The position numbers were made by a program, and so were the translations under genes. DNA of 64,000 nucleotides from Clostridia bacterium (lineage in GTDB: Bacteria; Bacillota; Clostridia; Oscillospirales; CAG-272). The notes under the pieces are model-generated. The model searched no databases. It had not been told where the DNA came from and saw nothing but the letters and a program-made list of their open reading frames with translations. The stretch covers positions 6,819-70,818 of the forward strand of contig JAFTVG010000014.1 in NCBI GenBank assembly GCA_017465885.1, in the 5' to 3' direction. Position 1 is the first letter of the stretch. Every line of letters begins with the position of its first letter. Positions 35,531 to 42,666 of the stretch are shown here, piece by piece.

Positions 35531-36217
35531 TCAGAACTGCTCCTCAAGGAACTTCAAAACGTAGGGATAGAGTGCATCGTAGCCCTGTGCGTTGGGGTGT
35601 ACGAAGTCTGCGGTGTTGATTCTTTCGGTAACCTTGAACTCTTCCGAGAAGGCGGCATCGTGGTAAAGGTCCAGGGTGGGGATCTGCCACTTGTCAAGGA
35701 TCTTCACCATCTCGTCAAAGTAGGGATCCATATTGGAAAGGGCGCCGATCTTGGAGGAAGGGGTGGCAAAATTCACAAGATAGCAGACCTTTGTTTCGGG
35801 GAAATACTTTTTTACGTAGTAAAGAAGCTCCTCAAGTCCGCCGCAGCAGGTGGTGGTGTCAAAGCTGTCAAGGTCAAAGCCCTCTGCCATTTTACCCGGC
35901 TCAATGGCGTCCCAGCCGTCATTGACGCCGCCGTGGAGCACGATCAGGTCAAAGCACTCCTCCTTGCAGGCTTCGATCTGGAAAAGAATGCGATTATCCT
36001 TTCTGCAGGTGGAAAGGGAGGCACCGTCAAGCCCCTTATTGATGTACTTCAGCCCCGTCACCGAGGAGCATCTGCCTGCCCATCCCCATCTGGGACAGTC
36101 TTTGTAGTCATATACCGCCGCAGAGCAGATGGAGTCGCCGCAGAACAGCACCTTTTTGTCCTTTAAAACGCTTTCTCTTCTAGGGTATCTTTCGTCATTC
36201 TGTACCAAAAATTCCAT
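35531..36217 (-). CDS. SGNH/GDSL-family hydrolase
   Basis: Block I VLFCGDSI, block III LHGGVNDGW, block V region DFVHPN. Confidence 0.8.
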   Translation of the reverse strand: MEFLVQNDERYPRRESVLKDKKVLFCGDSICSAAVYDYKDCPRWGWAGRCSSVTGLKYINKGLDGASLSTCRKDNRILFQIEACKEECFDLIVLHGGVNDGWDAIEPGKMAEGFDLDSFDTTTCCGGLEELLYYVKKYFPETKVCYLVNFATPSSKIGALSNMDPYFDEMVKILDKWQIPTLDLYHDAAFSEEFKVTERINTADFVHPNAQGYDALYPYVLKFLEEQF

Positions 36218-36277
36218 AGCGTATTCCTTTCATATAAAGCCAAGGCAGGAGCGTACACTCCTGCCTCTGGGTTTCTA

Positions 36278-37000
36278 TCAGCCTTCGTAAGCGTCCTTGT
36301 CAACGATCAGGGTCACGTCAGCGTGAGCCAGCAGCAGAGTGCCGGGGCACATGGTGGTGATTCTGCCCGACATGATCTTCTCGATCACGGCGTGCTTGCC
36401 CTTACCGGATGCCAGAACGATGATCTTCTTTGCCTTCATGATGGAGCCGATACCCATGGTCACTGCCTGAGTGGGCACGTCGTCGATGGACTCGAAGAAT
36501 CTGGAGTTTGCCTTGATGGTGCTTTCGGTCAGACCCGTCAGATGAGTGCCTGCATACAGCTCCTCTTCGGGCTCGTTGAAGGCGATGTGACCGTTGGGAC
36601 CAAGACCCAGGACCTGCAGATCGATGCCGCCTGCAGCCTCGATAGCAGCGTCGTATGCCTCGCCCATAGCGGCGGGATCCTCAGCCAGACCGTCGGGAAC
36701 GTTGGTGTTTGCCTTGTCGATGTCTACGTTATCGAACAGATTGGTGTTCATGAAGTAACGGTAAGACTGATCGTGGGTGGGAGCTAAGGGATAGTATTCA
36801 TCCAGATTGAAGCTGGTTACGTTTTTGAAGGTAATCTCGCCTGCTTTGTTCATCTTGGTCAGCTCCTTGTACATTCCAACGGGAGTGGAACCGGTAGCAA
36901 GACCGAGGATGCAGTCGGGCTTTGCCTTCAAGAGATCAGCAATGATGCCTGCGCCGACCTTGGACATTTCTTCGTAGTTTTCGCATACAACGATTTTCAT
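36278..37000 (-). CDS. nagB: glucosamine-6-phosphate deaminase
   Basis: ILGLATGSTPVGMYKEL, FNLDEYYPL and GLGPNGHIAFNEP. 240 aa. Confidence 0.92.
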   Translation of the reverse strand: MKIVVCENYEEMSKVGAGIIADLLKAKPDCILGLATGSTPVGMYKELTKMNKAGEITFKNVTSFNLDEYYPLAPTHDQSYRYFMNTNLFDNVDIDKANTNVPDGLAEDPAAMGEAYDAAIEAAGGIDLQVLGLGPNGHIAFNEPEEELYAGTHLTGLTESTIKANSRFFESIDDVPTQAVTMGIGSIMKAKKIIVLASGKGKHAVIEKIMSGRITTMCPGTLLLAHADVTLIVDKDAYEG

Positions 37001-37260
37001 AGTAATCCTCCGTTATTCGCCTGTGGCGTTCTACCTTATAAGAATACCACATCTTCCCTGATTTTTCAAGGGCTTTTGAAAAACTTCCGCACTTTTTCAA
37101 ACTTTTTTCGGAAAAAGGATGCAAAATACAACCAACCTAAACGGTGCGGCATACAAACTACCAACCGACGGCACATCAAAGGCGCTTGCGGTATGGCAGA
37201 TCAAGGCGAAAAAGCTTACGAGAAAATTCAAAAACCTTTTGGAATTTTTAAAAAAAGGGG

Positions 37261-37289
37261 TTGACAACAGGAAGAAAGTGTGGTATACT
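37261..37289 (+). promoter_or_regulatory. sigma-A promoter of the tRNA-Leu/tRNA-fMet operon
   Basis: TTGACA (37261-37266), 17-nt spacer, TATACT (37284-37289). Confidence 0.75.
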
Positions 37290-37310
37290 CTTCCCTGCTG
37301 GTGAGCAAAT

Positions 37311-37399
37311 GCCGGTGTGGCGGAATAGGCAGACGCCCGGGACTTAAAATCCCGTGAGACTTAAATCTCGTACCGGTTCGACCCCGGTCACCGGCACCA
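37311..37399 (+). tRNA. tRNA-Leu (anticodon UAA), class II, CCA encoded
   Basis: GCCGGTG...CGGGA-CTTAAAA-TCCCG...long variable arm...CCGGTTCGACCCCGG-CACCGGC-ACCA. Confidence 0.92.
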
Positions 37400-37430
37400 C
37401 ACCAACGTGTGATTCACCAAAACCAAATAT

Positions 37431-37507
<77 letters not shown>

Positions 37508-37543
37508 AAAAGAAAAGTCGCGCAAGCGGCTTTTTCTTTTTGT

Positions 37544-37672
37544 ACTTTTCACTATTCTCTTTTCACTCTTCACTTTTCTCTAAATCTCCCGCGCGACTTT
37601 TCCAGAGAAGAGATAAGAGGGAAAAGAGAAAAGAAAAGGTAGCCTTTCTCCCTTTGGTCGAAAAGCATTGAT
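37544..37672. repeat. structured intergenic repeat, copy A (diverged)
   Basis: Pyrimidine arm ACTTTTCACTATTCTCTTTTCACTCTTCACTTTTCTC, a loop, then purine arm GAGAAGAGATAAGAGGGAAAAGAGAAAAGAAAAGGTA. It shares CTTTTCACTATTC and AAAAGGTA with copies B and C. Confidence 0.7.
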
Positions 37673-37696
37673 TTTTAGTTAAAATCGTGGTATAAT
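37668..37696 (+). promoter_or_regulatory. promoter (extended -10) for the first island module
   Basis: TTGATT (37668-37673), 17-nt spacer, TGG-TATAAT (37688-37696). Confidence 0.65.
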
Positions 37697-37721
37697 CATA
37701 TTACAGAGTGAGGTGAAGACA

Positions 37722-38069
37722 ATGAATAGCCCATTACTTGAAAAGTCTATGGACTTTGCAACGCAGATTGTACTTTTCTACGAGGAGTTTTCAAAGAGTA
37801 AAAAGGATACGACGATCGCAAAGCAATTATTGCGTTCTGCTACAAGTGTAGGTGCGAACATAAACGAAGCGATTTACGGAAACAGTAAGGCAGATTTTAT
37901 TTCTAAATTACATATTTCTCTCAAAGAAACGGGCGAAAGTATTTATTGGCTCACCTTGTTGAAGCGCACAAATTTAATTGTTTATGATTTTGATAAGTTG
38001 CTTTCGTTAGCCGAAGAAATCAAACGAATGCTGATCGCTTCTCTTAATACTGCTAAGGAAAACAAATGA
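37722..38069 (+). CDS. four-helix-bundle protein (23S rRNA-IVS protein / Avd-like family)
   Basis: LLRSATSVGANINEAIYGNSKADFISKLHISLKETGESIYWLTLL is the hallmark of this family. SD GAGGTG lies 6 nt before the ATG at 37722. AT-rich. Confidence 0.8.
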   Translation: MNSPLLEKSMDFATQIVLFYEEFSKSKKDTTIAKQLLRSATSVGANINEAIYGNSKADFISKLHISLKETGESIYWLTLLKRTNLIVYDFDKLLSLAEEIKRMLIASLNTAKENK

Positions 38070-38500
38070 AAACTCTTTATACTGCTTTCAAAGGTAAAAA
38101 TAACACCTCTTATCAGCTTGTTTCACGCATTGATAAGAATTCACTGTTTTTAACCAATTCTTTTACCGGCCTTGAAAAAGATATTACGAGCCTTGATTGT
38201 GATTTTGATACCGTGTATATGTTTGGCATTGACAAAAACTTGGTTAATGAAATTCGTATAGATCTTTGTGCTTGTTATAATTGTGAGCATATATGTACTG
38301 ATTTTTATTTGTTGCCTTTTGAAAGAAAACTAATCGAATCAAACATTCCATATTCTATTTCAAGTATTCCAACCAAATATTTATGTAATGCAGCTTATTA
38401 TCACATGTTGAAAAAGAATTCAAATACCGTTTTTATTCATATTCCGTCACTAAGGGGTATGAACGAAACGTTAATGAACAGATTGGCAGAGATGTTTTGA
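38066..38500 (+). CDS. short pyroglutamyl-peptidase (C15)-like protein, 144 aa
   Basis: ATGA overlap with the upstream gene. KYLCNAAYYHML and VFIHIPSL align with the Cys and His segments of Pcp (TFVCNHLFY, GFIHIPY). About 70 aa shorter than canonical Pcp. Confidence 0.45.
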   Translation: MKTLYTAFKGKNNTSYQLVSRIDKNSLFLTNSFTGLEKDITSLDCDFDTVYMFGIDKNLVNEIRIDLCACYNCEHICTDFYLLPFERKLIESNIPYSISSIPTKYLCNAAYYHMLKKNSNTVFIHIPSLRGMNETLMNRLAEMF

Positions 38501-38508
38501 AATGCATC

Positions 38509-38692
38509 TTTTTCGGCACCTCTACTCAAAAAAAATCCTCGGACTTGTTCCGAGGATATTTTTTTACCTCTTCACTTTTCACTCTTCACTCTTCACTTTT
38601 TTCCCTTCGCAGATGAATTTTTTTGGAAGTAATAAGTAAGAGTGAATAGTGAAAAGGTATTTGATGTAGCTTTTTGTCACGGCAAAAAGCAT
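38509..38692. repeat. structured intergenic repeat, copy B
   Basis: Order of parts: ATCTTTTTCGG; terminator hairpin ATCCTCGG-ACTTGTT-CCGAGGAT + T7; pyrimidine arm CTTCACTTTTCACTCTTCACTCTTCAC; ~45-nt loop; complementary arm AAGAGTGAATAGTGAAAAGG; hairpin GCTTTTTG-TCACGG-CAAAAAGC. Positions 38527-38583 are identical to 40838-40894. Confidence 0.85.
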
Positions 38693-38801
38693 TTTTCGTT
38701 TTCTCACTTTTTCAAAACTCGAAAAATAGTCAAAATAAAAAGATATCATTTCCCCAAAACGACCTTTGGGGAGGACTTGAACTAAATACTTGAGCTTTTA
38801 G

Positions 38802-38844
38802 GAGCAGACACCGCGAACATAATCGCAGTGTCTGCTCTTTTTTT
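38802..38844 (+). terminator. orphan rho-independent terminator upstream of the PadR promoter
   Basis: GAGCAGACAC-(16 nt)-GTGTCTGCTC followed by T7. No ORF ends in front of it. Confidence 0.6.
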
Positions 38845-38874
38845 GATTTCTTTTTGATGTTTTTGCAAAATCTA

Positions 38875-38904
38875 TTGACAAAAATCAATACTTCGTGCTA
38901 TGAT
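38875..38904 (+). promoter_or_regulatory. promoter of the PadR operon
   Basis: TTGACA (38875-38880), 17-18 nt spacer, TATGAT. The ATGT-N5-ACAT half-palindrome just downstream may be an operator. Confidence 0.55.
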
Positions 38905-38928
38905 GTATAACACATAGGGAGGTATGTT

Positions 38929-39249
38929 ATGGATATTCAGTTAAAACGAGGTCTTTTAGATGTATGCGTGTTGGCTGCGATTAAAAGCGAGGATTCATAT
39001 GGATATAAGATCATTAAAGATATGAAGCCGTACATTGAACTTTCTGAATCCACTTTATATACCATTTTGAAGCGCTTGGAAATTGCAAATATGCTGACCG
39101 TCCGCACCGCAGAACATGGCGGCAGACTTCGGAAATATTACCGGATAACCGGTGAGGGACTAAAACGTATTGAAGATTTCAAGGATGAGTGGAAAGAAAT
39201 TCTGTCTATATATCGATTCGTAACCAAGGAGGATAATGGCAATGAGTAA
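38929..39249 (+). CDS. PadR-family transcriptional regulator
   Basis: LKRGLLDVCVLAAIKSEDSYGYKIIKDM...LYTILKRLEIANMLT...RKYYRITGEG. Confidence 0.9.
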   Translation: MDIQLKRGLLDVCVLAAIKSEDSYGYKIIKDMKPYIELSESTLYTILKRLEIANMLTVRTAEHGGRLRKYYRITGEGLKRIEDFKDEWKEILSIYRFVTKEDNGNE

Positions 39250-39841
39250 GCAAGAGTTTCTTGTGCAATTACGCAAAGGATTGTCAGGCTTTCCGCAAGA
39301 GGACATTGAGGAACGCGTGACGTTTTACAGTGAAATGATAGATGATCGAATTGAAGAAGGTATTACGGAGGAAGAAGCTGTTGCGGCAATAGGCACGGTT
39401 GATGAAATCGTTAAACAGGTAATAGCGGAAACGCCTCTTGCGAAAATCGCAAAGAAAAAAATTAAATCTAAAAGACGGTCGCGTGTGGGTGAAATTGTCC
39501 TCTTGGTTCTCGGCTCTCCAATATGGCTTTCGCTTCTGATTGCCGCATTTGCCGTAATTCTTTCGCTTTATGCCTCGTTATGGTCTGTGGTAATTTCCTT
39601 GTGGGCTGTTTTCGGTTTGCTTATTGGCTGTGCGTTCGGCGGCGTTGTAGCAGGGGTTGTCTTTGCTTGTAGCGGCAATGCTCCTTCGGGAATCGCCCTG
39701 CTTGCCGCAGGTATTGTATGTGTAGGGCTTTCCATCTTTATGTTCTACGGATGCAAAGCAGCAACAAATGGCACCTTGATACTCACAAAGAAAATGGCAA
39801 TATGGACTAAGAATTGCTTTATCAAAAAGGAGGTAGCATAA
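39242..39841 (+). CDS. DUF1700 membrane protein (PadR-associated)
   Basis: MSKQEFLVQLRKGLSGFPQEDIEERVTFYSEMIDDRIEEG followed by 4 TM helices. AAGGAGGA spacing favours the ATG at 39242 over 39236. Confidence 0.8.
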   Translation: MSKQEFLVQLRKGLSGFPQEDIEERVTFYSEMIDDRIEEGITEEEAVAAIGTVDEIVKQVIAETPLAKIAKKKIKSKRRSRVGEIVLLVLGSPIWLSLLIAAFAVILSLYASLWSVVISLWAVFGLLIGCAFGGVVAGVVFACSGNAPSGIALLAAGIVCVGLSIFMFYGCKAATNGTLILTKKMAIWTKNCFIKKEVA

Positions 39842-40806
39842 TGAGAACGAGAACAAAAGTATGGCTTATTATAGCAGCTTCTTTTGTGTTGGTTGGGGGT
39901 CTCATTTTTGGAGGTGTAATGTCAATGCTTAAATGGGATTTTACGAAATTATCAACGGACGAATACGAAACCCATGATTATGAGATTGATGAAAATTTTA
40001 ATAACATATCGATTATAACAGATACAGCCGATATTTTATTTGTGCCTTCTGAAAACCAAAAAACTTCCGTTGTCTGCCACGAACAGAAAAATATGAAGCA
40101 TTCGGTTACAGTGCAGAACGGCAAGCTTGTAATTGAGATCGTTGATACGCGGAAATGGTATGAATATATCGGTATAAACTTCGGCACGCCGAAAATAACA
40201 GTATATATTCCGCAGGGCGAATATGGTGCGCTTTTGGTGAAATCCAGTACCGGTAACGTAGAAATACCCAAAGAATTCAAATTCGAAAATATTGATATTT
40301 CGGAAAGCACAGGCAATGTAACGAACTATGCTTCCGCTTCGGAAAATATAATAATCAAGACAAGTACAGGCAATATTCGTGTTGAAAATGTATCCGCAAG
40401 CACACTTGATCTTTCTGTTTCAACGGGCGGTGTTGCGGTTTCTAATGTAACCTGCGAAAGCGATGTTAAAATTAGTGTTTCCACCGGAAAGACGAATCTG
40501 ACAAATATCAGGTGTAAAAATGTTGTGTCGACTGGAAACACGGGAGAAATATCCTTAAATAATGTTATTGCCGCAGAAAAGTTTTCTATTGAAAGAAGTA
40601 CAGGTGATGTAAGATTTGAAGGTAGTGACGCTACTGAAATATCTGTAAAAACCGACACCGGTGATGTTACCGGCACATTGCTTTCAGAAAAGGTGTTCAT
40701 TACGGAAACCTCTACCGGCAGCATCAATGTACCTAAAACAACATCAGGTGGAAAATGTGAGATTACAACCTCGACCGGTGATATTAACATAAGCATAAAG
40801 AAGTAA
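39841..40806 (+). CDS. DUF4097 (putative adhesin / beta-helical) protein with N-terminal TM
   Basis: Iterated STGN(V/I)...STGD(V/I) beta-strand repeats. TAATG stop-start junction with the upstream gene. SD AAGGAGG. Confidence 0.8.
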   Translation: MRTRTKVWLIIAASFVLVGGLIFGGVMSMLKWDFTKLSTDEYETHDYEIDENFNNISIITDTADILFVPSENQKTSVVCHEQKNMKHSVTVQNGKLVIEIVDTRKWYEYIGINFGTPKITVYIPQGEYGALLVKSSTGNVEIPKEFKFENIDISESTGNVTNYASASENIIIKTSTGNIRVENVSASTLDLSVSTGGVAVSNVTCESDVKISVSTGKTNLTNIRCKNVVSTGNTGEISLNNVIAAEKFSIERSTGDVRFEGSDATEISVKTDTGDVTGTLLSEKVFITETSTGSINVPKTTSGGKCEITTSTGDINISIKK

Positions 40807-40813
40807 ACAAGCC

Positions 40814-40990
40814 GATATCTTTTTCGGTGCGACTTGCCAAAAAAAATCCTCGGACTTGTTCCGAGGATATTTTTTTACCTCTTCACTTTTCACTTTTCTC
40901 CTTCCGTCGAGGAATTTTTTGGAGGTAATAAGTAATAGTGAATAGTGAAAAGGTATCGGATATAGCTTTTTGTCATGGCAAAAAGCTTTT
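40814..40990. repeat. structured intergenic repeat, copy C
   Basis: Same architecture as copy B. Shares the 57-nt identical core and a highly similar (by eye) right half (GGAGGTAATAAGTAATAGTGAATAGTGAAAAGGTATCGGATATAGCTTTTTGTCATGGCAAAAAGC). Confidence 0.85.
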
Positions 40991-40994
40991 TTAT

Positions 40995-41084
40995 TATAAA
41001 TTTCCTGTATATGATATTTTAAAGGATCATCCCAGGTACGTGGAGCTTCTTGAAAAGTTGAAGAATTCAGATAGATGTGACTAA
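40995..41084 (+). pseudogene. possible C-terminal gene remnant (…FPVYDILKDHPRYVELLEKLKNSDRCD*) between repeats C and D
   Basis: Open frame without an ATG, ending at the TAA at 41082-41084. It sits where a cassette gene would be expected. Confidence 0.25.
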
Positions 41085-41154
41085 CCGCATTATATCAATA
41101 GCTACCGAAAAACGTTCACTGCGGCTTGATATATGCGACGATCTTCCTATATTT

Positions 41155-41300
41155 CCATCTTTTTCGGCATCTCTATCATAAAATCTTCTCGAACAAAGTC
41201 CGAGAAGGTTTTATTTTTTCACTTTCCCTCCGTCCTTTTCCCTGAATCTCTCCTCGACTTTTCTGAGCAGTGATAAGGTAGAGGATGCTTGATGTAAGAC
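41155..41300. repeat. structured intergenic repeat, copy D (diverged)
   Basis: CCATCTTTTTCGGCATC, then hairpin CTTCTCG-AACAAAGTC-CGAGAAG + T-run, then TTCACTTTCCCTCCGTCC..., then GATAAGGTAGAGGATG. Same order of parts as copies B and C. Confidence 0.6.
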
Positions 41301-41472
41301 CCCCTTTTATAGTCTCTGCGGGTAATGCGGATTGATGTCTTATTCTCAATTTAAACTCGCTTTTGAAGCGAATTATTCTCTCTGTTTCGGTGATTGTCAA
41401 GTTCCGTTATTTATGATACAATATACACAAAGGATGTGCACACCGAAAAATATTTGATGAGGAATCGTAACT

Positions 41473-42528
41473 ATGGAAAACAATTTAGGCAAAAAAATCA
41501 GAGAATTGCGTCGCGCAAGGGATATGACACAAGAACAGCTTGCGGACTGTCTGAACGTATCCTATCAATCGGTCAGTAAATGGGAAACGGGCGTGGCGAC
41601 ACCCGATCTGTCTTTCATAATTCCCTTGGCAAGATTGTTCGGTATATCTACCGATGCGCTTTTGGGATTTGAGCAGTCTAAAGAAGAGCTGTTGAAAAAA
41701 GAATACTTGGATGCGTATGAGGAAACCTGGAAAAGCGGCGATCTTGAAAAGCGCTTGGAAATCTGCCGCAGTGCTGTTCGTGAGTATCCCGGTGATATGC
41801 AGTGGATGACGCGGCTGGCAATGGCTCTTGATATGCATTGCTTTTCTTACGAGGATAATGAACGGTATCAAGCGGAGCGTGCACAAGCAATTCAATGCTA
41901 TAAAATCGTGATTGAAAACGCAACCGACGAAAAGCTTCGGGAGAATGCAATTGCAGCCATTGTACAGCAGCTATCTTATGCGGGACGAAAGGAAGAGGCA
42001 ATGGAATATGCGCTTCTCTATCCCGAAGAAAAGCGAGATGAAATCGAACAGTATTATCTTGAAGGCGAGGAGTTAATCAAGCACAAGCAAAAGCTTTTAA
42101 AGAAGGAGTACGGGCATCTTTTGTCAAAGCTCAATTACTTTTTTGATGAGTACCACCTTCAAATCGCGGTTGGTATCATCAAGCTGTTTTTCCCCGATGA
42201 AAACTACCTTGACAAGCATTATATTCTGTTTGTTTATGAGCTTACAAACAGCAAGAAAGCGTTAAAGGAGGAGCGGTCTTCAGACGCCTTGGCGCATCTG
42301 AAAAAAGCCAAGCATCATGCAGCCGAGATGGATAAAATCGAGTTTGACGCACCGGGTGAATATCGTTATACCGCCCCTTTGTTTGACAAGCTTACGGTCG
42401 ATACAAGCACGTTTTTGCACACGAACGACGGTCCCGCCCTCAAAGAGCTTGCAAAGCAATTGGAGAATCCCGAGTTTGACGTGCTGCGTAGTGATGACAG
42501 ATTTCAAGATTTGATATGCTCGTTATAG
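41473..42528 (+). CDS. XRE HTH + TPR-like helical-repeat regulator, 351 aa
   Basis: IRELRRARDMTQEQLADCLNVSYQSVSKWETGVATPDLSFIIPLARLFGISTDALLG followed by ~280 aa of helical repeats. Promoter TTGTCA-17-TACAAT lies upstream. Confidence 0.8.
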   Translation: MENNLGKKIRELRRARDMTQEQLADCLNVSYQSVSKWETGVATPDLSFIIPLARLFGISTDALLGFEQSKEELLKKEYLDAYEETWKSGDLEKRLEICRSAVREYPGDMQWMTRLAMALDMHCFSYEDNERYQAERAQAIQCYKIVIENATDEKLRENAIAAIVQQLSYAGRKEEAMEYALLYPEEKRDEIEQYYLEGEELIKHKQKLLKKEYGHLLSKLNYFFDEYHLQIAVGIIKLFFPDENYLDKHYILFVYELTNSKKALKEERSSDALAHLKKAKHHAAEMDKIEFDAPGEYRYTAPLFDKLTVDTSTFLHTNDGPALKELAKQLENPEFDVLRSDDRFQDLICSL

Positions 42529-42625
42529 GTTATTTCTGTTTTTCTCCTAAGTAAACACAAGCAATACGGTGGTGCTTTGCCCGAAAGCAAAAAGCTTGCC
42601 GAATATAAATATAACAGATAACAAA

Positions 42626-42666
42626 TAACAGACAACGGACACCGCGGGGGTGTCCGTTGTCTGTTA
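42626..42666. terminator. bidirectional terminator between convergent genes
   Basis: TAACAGACAACGGACACC-GCGG-GGTGTCCGTTGTCTGTTA. Confidence 0.8.

Noticed and set aside
35511-35564. 17-codon ORF MHFLKIPQNCSSRNFKT with a weak AAGG SD
   Set aside because: It overlaps the 3' end of the convergent SGNH gene. It has no hydrophobic or Cys-pair peptide character and is probably chance.
37544-41300. CRISPR-array interpretation of the four repeats
   Set aside because: The repeat units are 130-180 bp, not 25-40 bp. Copies are unequal. The 'spacers' are 0.2-2 kb and contain complete genes with promoters. No cas genes are present.
37508-41472. Canonical integron or tRNA-integrated genomic island with integrase
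   Set aside because: There is no intI or other tyrosine recombinase in the window. There is no GTTRRRY/RYYYAAC core in the repeats. I could find no direct repeat of the tRNA-fMet 3' end downstream. It is kept only as an analogy in the findings.
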